A stretch of DNA of 64,000 nt from an uncultured Planctomycetales bacterium (GTDB taxonomy: Bacteria > Omnitrophota > Gorgyraeia > Gygaellales > Profunditerraquicolaceae), in contig CAYRUB010000001.1 in the NCBI GenBank assembly GCA_964427405.1, positions 16,534 to 80,533 on the forward strand. Reading direction: 5' to 3'. The notes under the pieces are model-generated. The model did no database searches, was not told the origin of the DNA, and worked only from the letters and a program-made list of their open reading frames with translations. Below, one piece after another: positions 1 through 9,871 of the stretch. The translations under genes were made by a program, and so were the position numbers. Every line of letters starts with the position of its first letter. Position 1 is the first letter of the stretch.

Positions 1-198
1 TACGCTAAGCATAGGGATAATCGCAATGGGGATAAAGTAGAAAGATAGCCCATGTTTAAGTAGTGCATGTCCGATGGAGAAAGAAACCAGGAAAAGGAAA
101 CTTAAATTGGCTAAATTAGCGTTTTTTATTTTGGTAAACTTATTGTAAAAACAAAGGTAAAGAACGATTAGAAACAACGGGATAGCCAGGTTCATATG
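1..198 (-). CDS. Partial CDS, N-terminal about 66 aa of a polytopic membrane protein (MNLAIPLFLIVLYLCFYNKF...); the gene runs off the window start
   Basis: Reverse-complement translation from an ATG at 196-198 gives an open hydrophobic reading frame to position 1. It lies directly downstream of phoH on the same strand; phoH is often followed by a 7TM-HD (PgpH/YqfF) membrane protein, but the identity is not established. Confidence 0.35.
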
Positions 199-256
199 TA
201 TGATATGTCCAAAGATGAAAATGAAAACGCATAGTCCGGCAAGGAGAAAATTGTTT

Positions 257-1207
257 TTAACGAACAGTTTTTTCATAAGCCTCAATTATTCTCTGGACCA
301 AGGCGTGCCTGACCACGTCAGAGCCGCTAAAATAAATAAATTTTATTCCATCAATTTCTTTAAGTATATCTTGCGCCTGAAGCAGGCCTATGGGTTTGGC
401 GTTTGGAAGGTCGCTTTGAGTCATGTCACCGGTGATTACTGCTTTGGAATCAAACCCCAGGCGGGTTAAAAACATTTTCATCTGTTCGGCAGTGCAATTC
501 TGCGCTTCATCAAGGATGATAAAGGCGTCGTTAAGGGTCCTGCCTCTCATATAAGCCAGCGGGGCGACTTCTATTATTCCGGTTTCTATGTATTTCTCAA
601 TACGCTCAGGCTCCATCATATCGTATAGGGCATCGTAAAGCGGCCTAAGGTAAGGAGAGATTTTCGCCTGCATATCTCCGGGTAGAAACCCCAGGGATTC
701 ACCTGCCTCGATAGCCGGGCGGGTCAAAATAATACGCCGGACTTCCTGTTTTTTTAGCGCCTCTACTGCGCAGGCCATAGCCAGGTAAGTTTTTCCTGTA
801 CCCGCAGGCCCGACCCCGAAAACGATATCGTGTTTCTTTATTGCTTCAACGTATTCATTCTGGCCGGCAGTTTTCGGCCCGATTTGTTTCCCCGCCGAGG
901 ATTGTGTAATTCCCGTATCTAATCCTGCCAGTTGTTGTTTTTTCCCGCCTTTTTTAAAATTAGATATTAAATAAGAAAGATCGTTTTTGCCTACCTCCTC
1001 GTTTCCCGAACGCAGGCCTTCCAGCAGGTATTCTACCAACTGGCTTGCCTTTTTGATATTGCTAGCTGTGCCGCTTATTTTTAAGTAATCGCCGCGCAAG
1101 GTAAGCTTAACCTTAAGCTCTTTCTCAATGTTTCTTGTATTGATATCATGCGCCCCAAAAAACCCCTGCGCTTCCTTTTGGGATTCAAACTTTATTATTT
1201 TATCCAC
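257..1207 (-). CDS. phoH: PhoH-like ATPase (PhoH/YbeZ family, N-terminal KH-like plus P-loop NTPase)
   Basis: 316 aa; Walker A GVGPAGTGKT; the conserved PhoH core is present (DEAQN..., ITGDMTQSDLP). Confidence 0.9.
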   Translation of the reverse strand: MDKIIKFESQKEAQGFFGAHDINTRNIEKELKVKLTLRGDYLKISGTASNIKKASQLVEYLLEGLRSGNEEVGKNDLSYLISNFKKGGKKQQLAGLDTGITQSSAGKQIGPKTAGQNEYVEAIKKHDIVFGVGPAGTGKTYLAMACAVEALKKQEVRRIILTRPAIEAGESLGFLPGDMQAKISPYLRPLYDALYDMMEPERIEKYIETGIIEVAPLAYMRGRTLNDAFIILDEAQNCTAEQMKMFLTRLGFDSKAVITGDMTQSDLPNAKPIGLLQAQDILKEIDGIKFIYFSGSDVVRHALVQRIIEAYEKTVR

Positions 1208-1752
1208 TATTTAAGGTTTTCTTTTGGTTCCGCCATCTCTGCGGGCTCAGTTTTTAATTCCGGGCTAGATGGTATTTTTAAAGTTTGGCCGGCATAAAGC
1301 TTATCCGGTGAACGTAAAACATCTTTGTTTGCTTCATAGATCTTCGGCCATTTTTTGGTGGTACCGTAAAATTTCTTGGAGATTTTTTGTAATGTGTCAT
1401 TTTTCCCTACGGTATAGCTTTCAAAGTTTTGATCCAGTGTATTTTCAGTTTGTGCCTCTTGAGTTATCACGGGTTCTTCCGCGCCGCTTGTCATCGGTAT
1501 AATAGTCGGGCATTTAGCTTGTGACGGTTTGGCAAGCCCCAGCTCTATCTCAAAAACTCTGGTGGTGCGGGTAGTTTTTCTTTCCGCTGGCTCAGCGGGA
1601 GCTGTCCCCATAATATAGCCGCGGTTACCTGATGTTGCGGAAATATCCTGATCGATCCTGTCGCGGGTTAAATTATATGTCCTGGCTACGCAACCTGATA
1701 AAGCCAGGGATGAGGTCAATACGCAAATTCCAGCTAACTTAACTTTGTTCAT
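1207..1752 (-). CDS. LysM-domain lipoprotein
   Basis: Signal peptide plus lipobox (LALSGC); C-terminal LysM (YTVGKNDTLQKISKKFYG...LYAGQTLKIP). Confidence 0.75.
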   Translation of the reverse strand: MNKVKLAGICVLTSSLALSGCVARTYNLTRDRIDQDISATSGNRGYIMGTAPAEPAERKTTRTTRVFEIELGLAKPSQAKCPTIIPMTSGAEEPVITQEAQTENTLDQNFESYTVGKNDTLQKISKKFYGTTKKWPKIYEANKDVLRSPDKLYAGQTLKIPSSPELKTEPAEMAEPKENLK

Positions 1753-3142
1753 TTTGCTTCCTCCTTTTAATAGTTATACCTAATTCTGTTAGTTGTTTAT
1801 CTTCAACATCTGAGGGTGCGCTGGTTAAGGGGCAGAAAGCAGCCGAAGTCTTTGGAAAAGTAATAACTTCGCGTATACTGTTTTCTCCGGAAAGAATAGT
1901 CAGCAACCTGTCTAATCCAAAAGCGACTCCTCCGTGCGGAGGCGCACCGAATTGAAAAGCTTCAAGAAGAAAGCCAAAACGCTTAGTGGCTTCTTCTTCA
2001 CCTATTCCGATAATATTAAAAATCTTCTGCTGGAGTTCCCTGCGATGGATCCTTACTGAACCGCTTCCCAGTTCCATGCCGTTTAAAACTAAGTCGTAAG
2101 AACGGGATTTAACTTTTCCCGGATCTTTTTCCAGGTTTTCCAGGTCAACTTCAGCCGGTGCGGTAAAGGGGTGGTGTTCACTGTCCCAGCGTTTTTCCTC
2201 ATCATTGTATTTAAAAAGAGGGAAATCTACCACCCAGCAAAAGGCAAAATCGTTTTTTAACTCAGGCCTCAAATCCGGTTTATCCGATTTATATTTTTCC
2301 ATCGCATCGGAATAGCTTATGCGCGGAAAAGGTATCTGGATATCGATATTTTTTAATTCTTTAAGTATTAATTTCATCAATCCTTCGGTTAAGCTGAAGA
2401 TGTCTTCTTCGTTAATAAAAGACATCTCAATATCCAGTTGGGTAAATTCCGGCTGGCGGTCAGCGCGCAGGTCTTCATCGCGGAAACATTTGGCGATCTG
2501 GTAATATCTCTCTATCCCGGCGACCATAAGGATTTGCTTGAATAATTGCGGAGATTGAGGTAAGGCAAAAAATTGGCCGATATTTACCCGCGAAGGAACA
2601 AGATAATCCCGGGCTCCCTCCGGGGTGGATTTTGTAAGTATGGGAGTTTCACATTCAATAAAGTTATTACTTCCTAAGTAATTACGGATAACCTTGTACA
2701 GGTTGCTTCTCAGGACAAGGTTGTTAAAAACTCTTTTGCGCCTTAAATCAAGATAGCGGTACTTAAGCCGCATCTCTTCGGTTATCTCTGTCTCTTCTTC
2801 AATTTCAAAAGGAGGATTTAAACTTGGGTTCAGGATCTCTAATTCTTTTGCTAAAATTTCTATTTCGCCGGTTGCTAACTTTTCGTTGATAGTGCCTTTT
2901 GGCCGTTTATTTACGTTGCCGCTTAATTTGATTACAAATTCATTTCTTAAATCTTGCGCTAGTTTGTAAGCTTCTCCGGATTCTTTAGGGATAAAAACTA
3001 TCTGCGTAAATCCGGTACGGTCACGGATATCAATAAAGATCAATTTACCGTGGTCTCTCCTGCGGGCGACCCAGCCGCAGAGCGTAACTTGTTTTGTCTC
3101 ATCCGATCCGCTAAGTTCTCCGCAAGTATGCGTTCTTAACAT
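1739..3142 (-). CDS. aspS: Aspartyl-tRNA synthetase, bacterial type but lacking the GAD insertion domain (467 aa)
   Basis: Class II motifs are present: QIAKCFRDEDLRADRQPEFTQLDIEMSF and GLDRL. The sequence between the KSDKPDLRP segment and WVVDFPLF skips the roughly 120-aa GAD insertion seen in E. coli AspRS. Overlaps hisS (aspS-hisS operon). Confidence 0.9.
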   Translation of the reverse strand: MLRTHTCGELSGSDETKQVTLCGWVARRRDHGKLIFIDIRDRTGFTQIVFIPKESGEAYKLAQDLRNEFVIKLSGNVNKRPKGTINEKLATGEIEILAKELEILNPSLNPPFEIEEETEITEEMRLKYRYLDLRRKRVFNNLVLRSNLYKVIRNYLGSNNFIECETPILTKSTPEGARDYLVPSRVNIGQFFALPQSPQLFKQILMVAGIERYYQIAKCFRDEDLRADRQPEFTQLDIEMSFINEEDIFSLTEGLMKLILKELKNIDIQIPFPRISYSDAMEKYKSDKPDLRPELKNDFAFCWVVDFPLFKYNDEEKRWDSEHHPFTAPAEVDLENLEKDPGKVKSRSYDLVLNGMELGSGSVRIHRRELQQKIFNIIGIGEEEATKRFGFLLEAFQFGAPPHGGVAFGLDRLLTILSGENSIREVITFPKTSAAFCPLTSAPSDVEDKQLTELGITIKRRKQNEQS

Positions 3143-4374
3143 TTTAATTCCTTGGTTAGGTCTGGTATATTAATTTCTCTTTGAGTACTATTTGACATGT
3201 CTTTGAGGGAAATCACATTCTTTTTTAATTCATCTTCACCTAAAATTAAAACATACCTTACGCCTGTGTCATTTGCAGCGCGCATCGCCGCTTTTAGCGA
3301 ACGGTTCAGATAGTCCATATCGCTAGGTATATCGGAGCAGCGCAGCTGGTTTAATATTTTTACGCCTTCGGCTTTAGCAGCTTCTCCAAGGGTAATTAGA
3401 TAAACCAACTTATTTAGCGGTTTTTCCACGGATATTCTTGATGCTAAAAGCAGCCTTTCAACACCGAAAGCAAACCCTATGCCTCCTATGTCCGGCCCGC
3501 CTAATTCTTTAATCAAATTATTGTAACGGCCCCCTGCCCCGATAGCATCCTGGCTGCCTAGGCTAGAATGCGTAAATTCAAATACCGTGCGGTTATAATA
3601 GTCCAACCCGCGCACAAGAAATGGATCTACCTCAAAAGGAATGCCAAGGTTGCTTAAGCCATTTTCCACTTCTTTAAAATGGTTCAGGCAATCCGGGCAA
3701 AGATGTGTATTTTTAAGAGCAAGCGCCCTGACTATTTTTTGACAGGCTTCGTTTTTGCAGTCCAATATCCTTAATATATTATTTTCCAGTCTTATCTGGC
3801 AGTCAGGGCAGAGTCTTTGTTTTTCTTTCTGCAGTCCCTGTTTTAAATTCAAGCTCAGTGTTTGTTTGTCTTTAGGGCATCCCAGGCTATTAATTTTAAT
3901 TTTATATTCTGTGATCGCAAAACTTTTAAGCAGTTGACCGGCCAGGCTGATCACTTCCACATCAAGTATTGCTTCCTGCGAGCCGATTACTTCGCAGCCA
4001 ATATGGTGAAATTGGCGCAGCCTGCCTTTTTGCGGACGCTCAAGGCGGAACATTGGGCCAATATAATATAATTTTGTGAATGGGCTGGTTTTATCCAGGT
4101 TATTTTCCAGGTAGCTGCGCGCAATTGAGGCAGTGCCTTCAGGACGTAAGACGTACACATCCTCCTGGTTGTGAATAAGGAACATCTGTTTTTGTACTAT
4201 TTCGGTGGTAATGCCAAGAGTACGGTTAAAGAGCGCTGCCTCTTCAATTATAGGGGTACGGATTTCACGGTAATTATAAAGAGAAAATATATTGCGCGCT
4301 GCCGCTTCAATTGTTTGCCAATGACCTGATTCATCAGGCAGGATATCTTTAGTGCCGGGGACCCTTTTGAACAT
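3136..4374 (-). CDS. hisS: Histidyl-tRNA synthetase
   Basis: 412 aa; class IIa motifs (FRYERPQKGRLRQFHHIG, GGRYNNL). Confidence 0.9.
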   Translation of the reverse strand: MFKRVPGTKDILPDESGHWQTIEAAARNIFSLYNYREIRTPIIEEAALFNRTLGITTEIVQKQMFLIHNQEDVYVLRPEGTASIARSYLENNLDKTSPFTKLYYIGPMFRLERPQKGRLRQFHHIGCEVIGSQEAILDVEVISLAGQLLKSFAITEYKIKINSLGCPKDKQTLSLNLKQGLQKEKQRLCPDCQIRLENNILRILDCKNEACQKIVRALALKNTHLCPDCLNHFKEVENGLSNLGIPFEVDPFLVRGLDYYNRTVFEFTHSSLGSQDAIGAGGRYNNLIKELGGPDIGGIGFAFGVERLLLASRISVEKPLNKLVYLITLGEAAKAEGVKILNQLRCSDIPSDMDYLNRSLKAAMRAANDTGVRYVLILGEDELKKNVISLKDMSNSTQREINIPDLTKELKC

Positions 4375-4413
4375 GAGTTATTTTCGGTTTTTTTAAAAAA
4401 GGTTTATACGGGA

Positions 4414-4686
4414 TTACCTAATTTTTTGTTTCATTTCCAAGCCAGCTTTAAAAACCACTACCTTTCTGGGCGGGACAGGGATAACCTGGTTGGTACGCGG
4501 GTTTCTGCCTGTGCGGCTTTTCCTTTGTTTTATCTTAAAAACGCCAAAGTTACGTAATTCAATCCTCTCTCCCCTAACCAAGGCATCAATAATACAATCA
4601 AACGTCCTTTGTACGACTTTTTTGACATCTATCTGTTTTAGGTTTGTTTCGTCAGATACTTTTAAGACAATATCCTTCTTGGTCAT
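4414..4686 (-). CDS. hup: HU/IHF family nucleoid DNA-binding protein
   Basis: 90 aa; HU signature RNPRTNQVIPVPPRKVVVFKAG. Confidence 0.9.
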   Translation of the reverse strand: MTKKDIVLKVSDETNLKQIDVKKVVQRTFDCIIDALVRGERIELRNFGVFKIKQRKSRTGRNPRTNQVIPVPPRKVVVFKAGLEMKQKIR

Positions 4687-4790
4687 CTTTCATCCTCCTA
4701 GTCCACAAGGACACACCGGCTAATCATTTAAAGCCGGGTGTTAACCCACAAGGCTACACCCACACAAGTCTAATAAGCGCGGGGTGTATT
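4687..4790 (-). promoter_or_regulatory. Conserved structured 5' leader upstream of hup (copy 1 of 3): ACACCC...GGGUGU hairpins, then a short hairpin abutting the SD
   Basis: mRNA sense reads ACACCCCGCGCUUAU...ACACACCGGC-uuuaaaugauua-GCCGGUGUGU (a perfect 10-bp stem), then CC-UUGU-GG, then AGGAGG and AUG. The same architecture recurs upstream of groES and lysC with compensatory stem changes. Confidence 0.45.
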
Positions 4791-4829
4791 GCTAAATATA
4801 ATAACAACAAAAAGTTACAGTGTCAAGTA

Positions 4830-7800
4830 TTATAGCACTAGAGAAAGCCGGTCTTCTCCTAGCAACTCGTCAAGGTCCTGGATCAACTTTTCTGAAGGTA
4901 AAACATAAAGGTTTTCGCCTACTACCATTTGTATCCGTGATTTTGCGGGAGTATCCAGGCGTAAATATATGGGCACATTGCCCTTATGTTCAGAAAGCAG
5001 GGTTTTTAGGGACTCAAATATGTTTTCCTTAATTCCTGAAAGATTTATGCTCATTGCTGTAATCAGCTTGTAAATTTCCTCAAAAGGAAAAAGGTCTTCC
5101 ACAATTATCTTCGGGGTATCTTCTGTTAAATTTAACGTGCCGCGGATATGGGCTATTGTGTTAGGCATAATGTAACGGCTTACCTTAGCAAAGGCACGGG
5201 GAAACACCAGTAATTCTACGGCGCCATCCAGGTCTTCTAGCTTTAATATTGCCATTTTCTCTTGCTTGGCGCGCGTAAGTGTTTGTTTAATTTTTGCGAT
5301 TAAGCCGACAATTTTTATAGTATCCTGGTCTTTATGTTCATGTAAGCTGGCAGTTGAGCAGGATACAAAACGTTTGAGTTGTTTGGCGTAACGCGCCAAA
5401 GGGTGGCCGCTGACGTAGAAACCGAGCATGTCTTTTTCAAATGAAAGCAGCTGTGGTTCCGGCCATTCCTTGCATTCGACTAAAACCTCGGTAGTTTTTC
5501 CAAAACCGTTACTAGTAATGGTTTGATCAAAAAAGGAAAGCTGACCGCTGGATTTTTCTTTTTGATTCTTTTGCGACCTTTCCAGTATTGTATCAAGGCT
5601 TGCGAACATTTTAGCCCTTGCAGCGCCAAAACAATCCAGGGCTCCGCATTTGATCAGACTTTCCAGGACCTTACGATTTGCCAGCCTTAAATCAATTTGG
5701 CCGCAGAGCTCTTCTAATGATTTAAACTTTGTTTTCTCCCTGGCGCTTACAATGGATTCAGATGCCCCCTTACCTACATTTTTTATCGCCAGCAGCCCAA
5801 AACGAATAGTAGATTCATCTTCAACCTTAAAAAGCACTTCGCTTTCATTTATATCCGGAGGTTGTACCTTTAAGCCCATTTGCTGGGCTTCGTTTACATA
5901 TGTTACGATTTTGTCGGTATTGTCGCGTTCTGAAGTAAGCAGCGCGGTCATGAATTCTACGGGATAATTTGCTTTTAAATAAGCAGTGCGGTAAGAAATT
6001 AACGCATAGGCAGTTGAATGTGATTTATTAAAGCCATATCCGGAGAAATATTCTATTAAATCAAAGATCTTTGTCGCGGTTAATTCTTTTATCCCGTTTT
6101 TAAGGCAGCCACGGACAAAGTTGCTCCTTTGTTTTTCCATGACTTCGGGTATTTTTTTGCCCATGGCCTTACGTAGAATATCTGCCTGGGCAAGCGAAAA
6201 TCCCGCCAAGGTTGAAGCGATCTGCATGATTTGTTCCTGATAAACCATGATCCCGTAAGTTTCTTTAAGCACGGGCTCTAATTTGGGATGTTCATATCTG
6301 ATGGGGATTAACCCATGTTTACGTTTCATAAAATCATCAAGCATGCCTGAACCAATCGGCCCCGGACGGTAAAGCGCCAGAAGAGCAATCAAGTCTTCAA
6401 AACGTTCGGGTACGAGCTTTTTAAGTAAATCCCGCATACCCGAACTTTCTACCTGGAAGACTCCGATCGTATGGCTTGAAGCTAATAGCTTATATGTGTT
6501 TGCATCATCTAACGGCAGATTATTAATATTAATTTCTATGCCGCGGGTTTTTTTGATAAGTTTTAGAGTTTCATCAATTACCGTAAGGGTTTTTAGGCCA
6601 AGGAAATCAACTTTAAGCAGCCCGATTTTTTCCAGTGTGCTCATACTGTATCCGGTAGTAACCTGATCATCGCTGGTTTTAAATATGGGCATATAATTAT
6701 TCAACGGTTTATCCGCGATGATTACGCCTGCGGCATGCACAGAGGCATGACGGTTTAGTCCTTCCAGAGATAAAGCCGTATTGATCAGTTTGGTTATTAC
6801 CGGATCATTCCGGTAAAGATTGCTCAACTCCGGTTCGCTTTCCATGGCTTTTTTAAGAGTCATATCAAGTTCAGCTGGAATCATTTTGGCAATACGGTCC
6901 ACATCCGCGTAGGGAATTGCCATAACCCGGCCGACATCCCTGATTACCGCGCGCGCCTGCATAGTTCCGAAAGTAATTATCTGTGCGACATTCTCTCTGC
7001 CGTATTTTTTAGTTACATAGTCAATGACTTCTTGCCTGCGTTCGTAGCAAAAGTCAATATCAATATCCGGCAGACCCATGCGTTCGGGGTTTAAGAACCG
7101 TTCGAATAGTAATCCGTATTTTAAAGGATTAAGATCGGTAATGCCTAAAAGAAAACTTACCAGGCTCCCTGCGGCTGAGCCTCTTCCCGGTCCGACCGGG
7201 ATACCCTGGGCCTTAGCATAGGAGATGAAATCCCAGACAATAAGGAAATAGCTGATAAAACCCATATGTTTAATGATCTTTAATTCATGTTCAAGGCGCG
7301 TCCGCACTTCGGGATTGTCTTTAAGGCCTTTATCTCGTTGTCCTTTTTCGCAAAGTTCAAGCAAAAATGCTTCTTTGTCTTTTCCTTCCGGAGGGGTATA
7401 TTTAGGCAAATGCATCTGGGTGAAGTCTAGCTCTAAATTGCAGCGCTGGGCAATCTCTATGGTATTTTTTATTGCCTCCGGGCAATGCCGGAATATCTCT
7501 TTCATCTCCTCGGGTGTACGGAAATAAAATTCATTAGTCTGAAAACGCATATGTTTGGGGTCATCAAGAGTGGCTTGCGTTTGGATGCACAATAAAGCTT
7601 CGTGCGCCTCGGCTTTATCTTTGGTAGGGTAATGTACATCATTGGTTGCCACTAATGGTATATTCAGTTCTTTGGAGATCTTGATCAGCGCGTCATTTAC
7701 AATTTTTTGTTCGGGGATAGAGTTGGCCTGTAACTCCAGGTAAAAATTTCCCTTACCGAATATATTCTGATAGGCTTCGGCGGCTTTTAAAGCGTCGTTA

Positions 7801-8264
7801 AAACGCTTCTGTTGGATAAGCCAGGCAACCTCTCCTTTTAAGCAGGCGGATAAACCGATTAAGCCTTGGGCATGTTGAGAAAGGACCTCCTTGTCAACAC
7901 GGGGCCGGTAATAAAAACCTTCCAAATAACCAATAGAGACCAGTTTGATTAAATTGTGGTATCCGGATTCATCACGCGCCAGCAGGATTAAGTGATTTGC
8001 CGCATCTTCAATACCGCTTCCGCCTTTATCCAACCTGCTTTTTGGGGCGACATAAACTTCGCAGCCGATAATAGGTTTTATTCCCGCTTTTTGCGCTTCC
8101 AGGTAGAAATCAATTGCTCCGAACATGTTGCCATGGTCGGTTATGGCGAGTGAATCCATCTTGTAACTTTTGGCGATGGCGAGAATTTCAGGAATACGGC
8201 AGGCTCCGTCAAGAAGGCTATACTGCGTGTGCAGGTGGAGATGAATAAAATCAGAGTGAGGCAT
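4830..8264 (-). CDS. dnaE: DNA polymerase III alpha subunit
   Basis: 1144 aa; N-terminal PHP domain (HLHLHTQYSLLDG), the polymerase core, and a C-terminal OB/tau-binding region. Confidence 0.95.
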   Translation of the reverse strand: MPHSDFIHLHLHTQYSLLDGACRIPEILAIAKSYKMDSLAITDHGNMFGAIDFYLEAQKAGIKPIIGCEVYVAPKSRLDKGGSGIEDAANHLILLARDESGYHNLIKLVSIGYLEGFYYRPRVDKEVLSQHAQGLIGLSACLKGEVAWLIQQKRFNDALKAAEAYQNIFGKGNFYLELQANSIPEQKIVNDALIKISKELNIPLVATNDVHYPTKDKAEAHEALLCIQTQATLDDPKHMRFQTNEFYFRTPEEMKEIFRHCPEAIKNTIEIAQRCNLELDFTQMHLPKYTPPEGKDKEAFLLELCEKGQRDKGLKDNPEVRTRLEHELKIIKHMGFISYFLIVWDFISYAKAQGIPVGPGRGSAAGSLVSFLLGITDLNPLKYGLLFERFLNPERMGLPDIDIDFCYERRQEVIDYVTKKYGRENVAQIITFGTMQARAVIRDVGRVMAIPYADVDRIAKMIPAELDMTLKKAMESEPELSNLYRNDPVITKLINTALSLEGLNRHASVHAAGVIIADKPLNNYMPIFKTSDDQVTTGYSMSTLEKIGLLKVDFLGLKTLTVIDETLKLIKKTRGIEININNLPLDDANTYKLLASSHTIGVFQVESSGMRDLLKKLVPERFEDLIALLALYRPGPIGSGMLDDFMKRKHGLIPIRYEHPKLEPVLKETYGIMVYQEQIMQIASTLAGFSLAQADILRKAMGKKIPEVMEKQRSNFVRGCLKNGIKELTATKIFDLIEYFSGYGFNKSHSTAYALISYRTAYLKANYPVEFMTALLTSERDNTDKIVTYVNEAQQMGLKVQPPDINESEVLFKVEDESTIRFGLLAIKNVGKGASESIVSAREKTKFKSLEELCGQIDLRLANRKVLESLIKCGALDCFGAARAKMFASLDTILERSQKNQKEKSSGQLSFFDQTITSNGFGKTTEVLVECKEWPEPQLLSFEKDMLGFYVSGHPLARYAKQLKRFVSCSTASLHEHKDQDTIKIVGLIAKIKQTLTRAKQEKMAILKLEDLDGAVELLVFPRAFAKVSRYIMPNTIAHIRGTLNLTEDTPKIIVEDLFPFEEIYKLITAMSINLSGIKENIFESLKTLLSEHKGNVPIYLRLDTPAKSRIQMVVGENLYVLPSEKLIQDLDELLGEDRLSLVL

Positions 8265-8298
8265 GTATTAGTTGTTCAGCAGCAGGTTTATCGGTAGC

Positions 8299-9840
8299 TT
8301 ATTCCCACTCAATGGTTGCTGGAGGCTTGGAGCTTATATCGTAAACCACCCGATTAATACCTCTAACTTCATTGATAATACGATTGGAGATTTTTTCCAT
8401 AACTTCATAAGGGAGTTTTACCCAGTCAGCTGTCATGCCATCAAAGCTGGACACGCAACGAAGGGCCACGACATTTTCATAGGTGCGTTCATCACCCATG
8501 ATCCCTACACTTTTTATGGGAAGTAAAATGGCAAATGACTGCCAGATTTGTTCGTATAGGCCTGCTTTTGAGATCTCTTCAATTACGCGCTTATCTGCTT
8601 CGCGCAAAAGTTCCAGGCGCTCCATGGTGATTTCTCCGATAATTCTAACTGCAAGGCCCGGACCCGGGAAAGGCTGGCGTTGTATGATATTATCCGGCAG
8701 ATTCAATTGCCTGCCGATCTCTCGCGCCTCATCCTTAAATAATTCTCTTAGCGGCTCAATAAGTTTTAGGTGCATCTGCGCAGGCAGTCCCCCGACATTA
8801 TGATGGCTTTTTATTTTCCTGCTTGGACCACCAGTGGGTGAAATTGATTCTATAACATCAGGGTAAAGTGTCCCCTGCCCCAGGAATTTTGCCCCTTTTG
8901 TTTTTTTTGCCTCTTCCTCAAATACCTTTACAAATTCACCCCCGATTATTTTCCGTTTTTCCTCAGGGTCAACTACTCCTTTTAAACGCTCAAGGAATCT
9001 TTTACTTCTGTCTACATAGCTTAAATTTAAATGGTACATATCCTTAAAAACGCTTTTTACCTGTTCCGCTTCGCCTTTTCTTAATAAACCGTTATCAATA
9101 AAAATACAGCGTAGATTTTTTCCAATTGATTTATGGATTAATAAGGCGGCTACGGAAGAATCCACTCCGCCGCTTAAGCCCAACACTACCTTATCTTTTC
9201 CAATAGTCTTCTTGATATTATCAATAGATTCTTTAATAAATGATTGCATGGTCCATCTGCTTAGAGATCCGCAGATTTTAAATAAGAAGTTGCTTAAAAT
9301 CTGGTTGCCTTTTTCGGTATGTGTTACTTCCGGGTGGAATTGCACGGCAAATATTTTTCTTTTTTGGTTGGATATGGCGGCAATCGGAGTGTTAGCGGTA
9401 TGCGCGCTGGTATGAAATCCCGCGGGTATCTTGGTTACATAATCTCCATGGCTGGCCCAGCAGGTAAAGTTACCCGGCATATGGCTAAAAAGGTCACGAT
9501 TATCGTCAATAAATAATTCGGTTTTTCCGAATTCCCGCTCGCGGGTGTGTTTTACTTTGCCCCCCAGCATCTCGCAGATAACCTGCATCCCGTAACAAAC
9601 GCCAAGTATGGGTATGCCTAATTTAAATATACCTTTATCGGGATAGGGTGATTTTTTATCAACTACCGAGGCAGGGCCGCCGGAAAGTATCAGGCCTTTG
9701 GGGTTTAGTACGGCAATCTCTTTAGCCGGGGTATTATAAGGGATGATCTTTGAGAAAACTTTGCTCTCTCGCACCCTGCGGGCGATTAATTGCGTATATT
9801 GCGAACCAAAGTCTAAAATAAGTATTGTTTGTCTATTCAT
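8299..9840 (-). CDS. guaA: GMP synthase (glutamine-hydrolysing)
   Basis: 513 aa; GATase1 (GVCYGMQ) plus PP-loop SGGVDSSV, and the C-terminal dimerisation domain ending in EWE. Confidence 0.95.
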   Translation of the reverse strand: MNRQTILILDFGSQYTQLIARRVRESKVFSKIIPYNTPAKEIAVLNPKGLILSGGPASVVDKKSPYPDKGIFKLGIPILGVCYGMQVICEMLGGKVKHTREREFGKTELFIDDNRDLFSHMPGNFTCWASHGDYVTKIPAGFHTSAHTANTPIAAISNQKRKIFAVQFHPEVTHTEKGNQILSNFLFKICGSLSRWTMQSFIKESIDNIKKTIGKDKVVLGLSGGVDSSVAALLIHKSIGKNLRCIFIDNGLLRKGEAEQVKSVFKDMYHLNLSYVDRSKRFLERLKGVVDPEEKRKIIGGEFVKVFEEEAKKTKGAKFLGQGTLYPDVIESISPTGGPSRKIKSHHNVGGLPAQMHLKLIEPLRELFKDEAREIGRQLNLPDNIIQRQPFPGPGLAVRIIGEITMERLELLREADKRVIEEISKAGLYEQIWQSFAILLPIKSVGIMGDERTYENVVALRCVSSFDGMTADWVKLPYEVMEKISNRIINEVRGINRVVYDISSKPPATIEWE

Positions 9841-9871
9841 GGTCCTCCCTTAAGTACTATCTATTTTAGGC

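Noticed and set aside
200-469. 89-aa plus-strand ORF at the window start
   Set aside because: It overlaps the phoH 3' end and the intergenic region. It has a compositionally odd translation and no RBS, so it is spurious.
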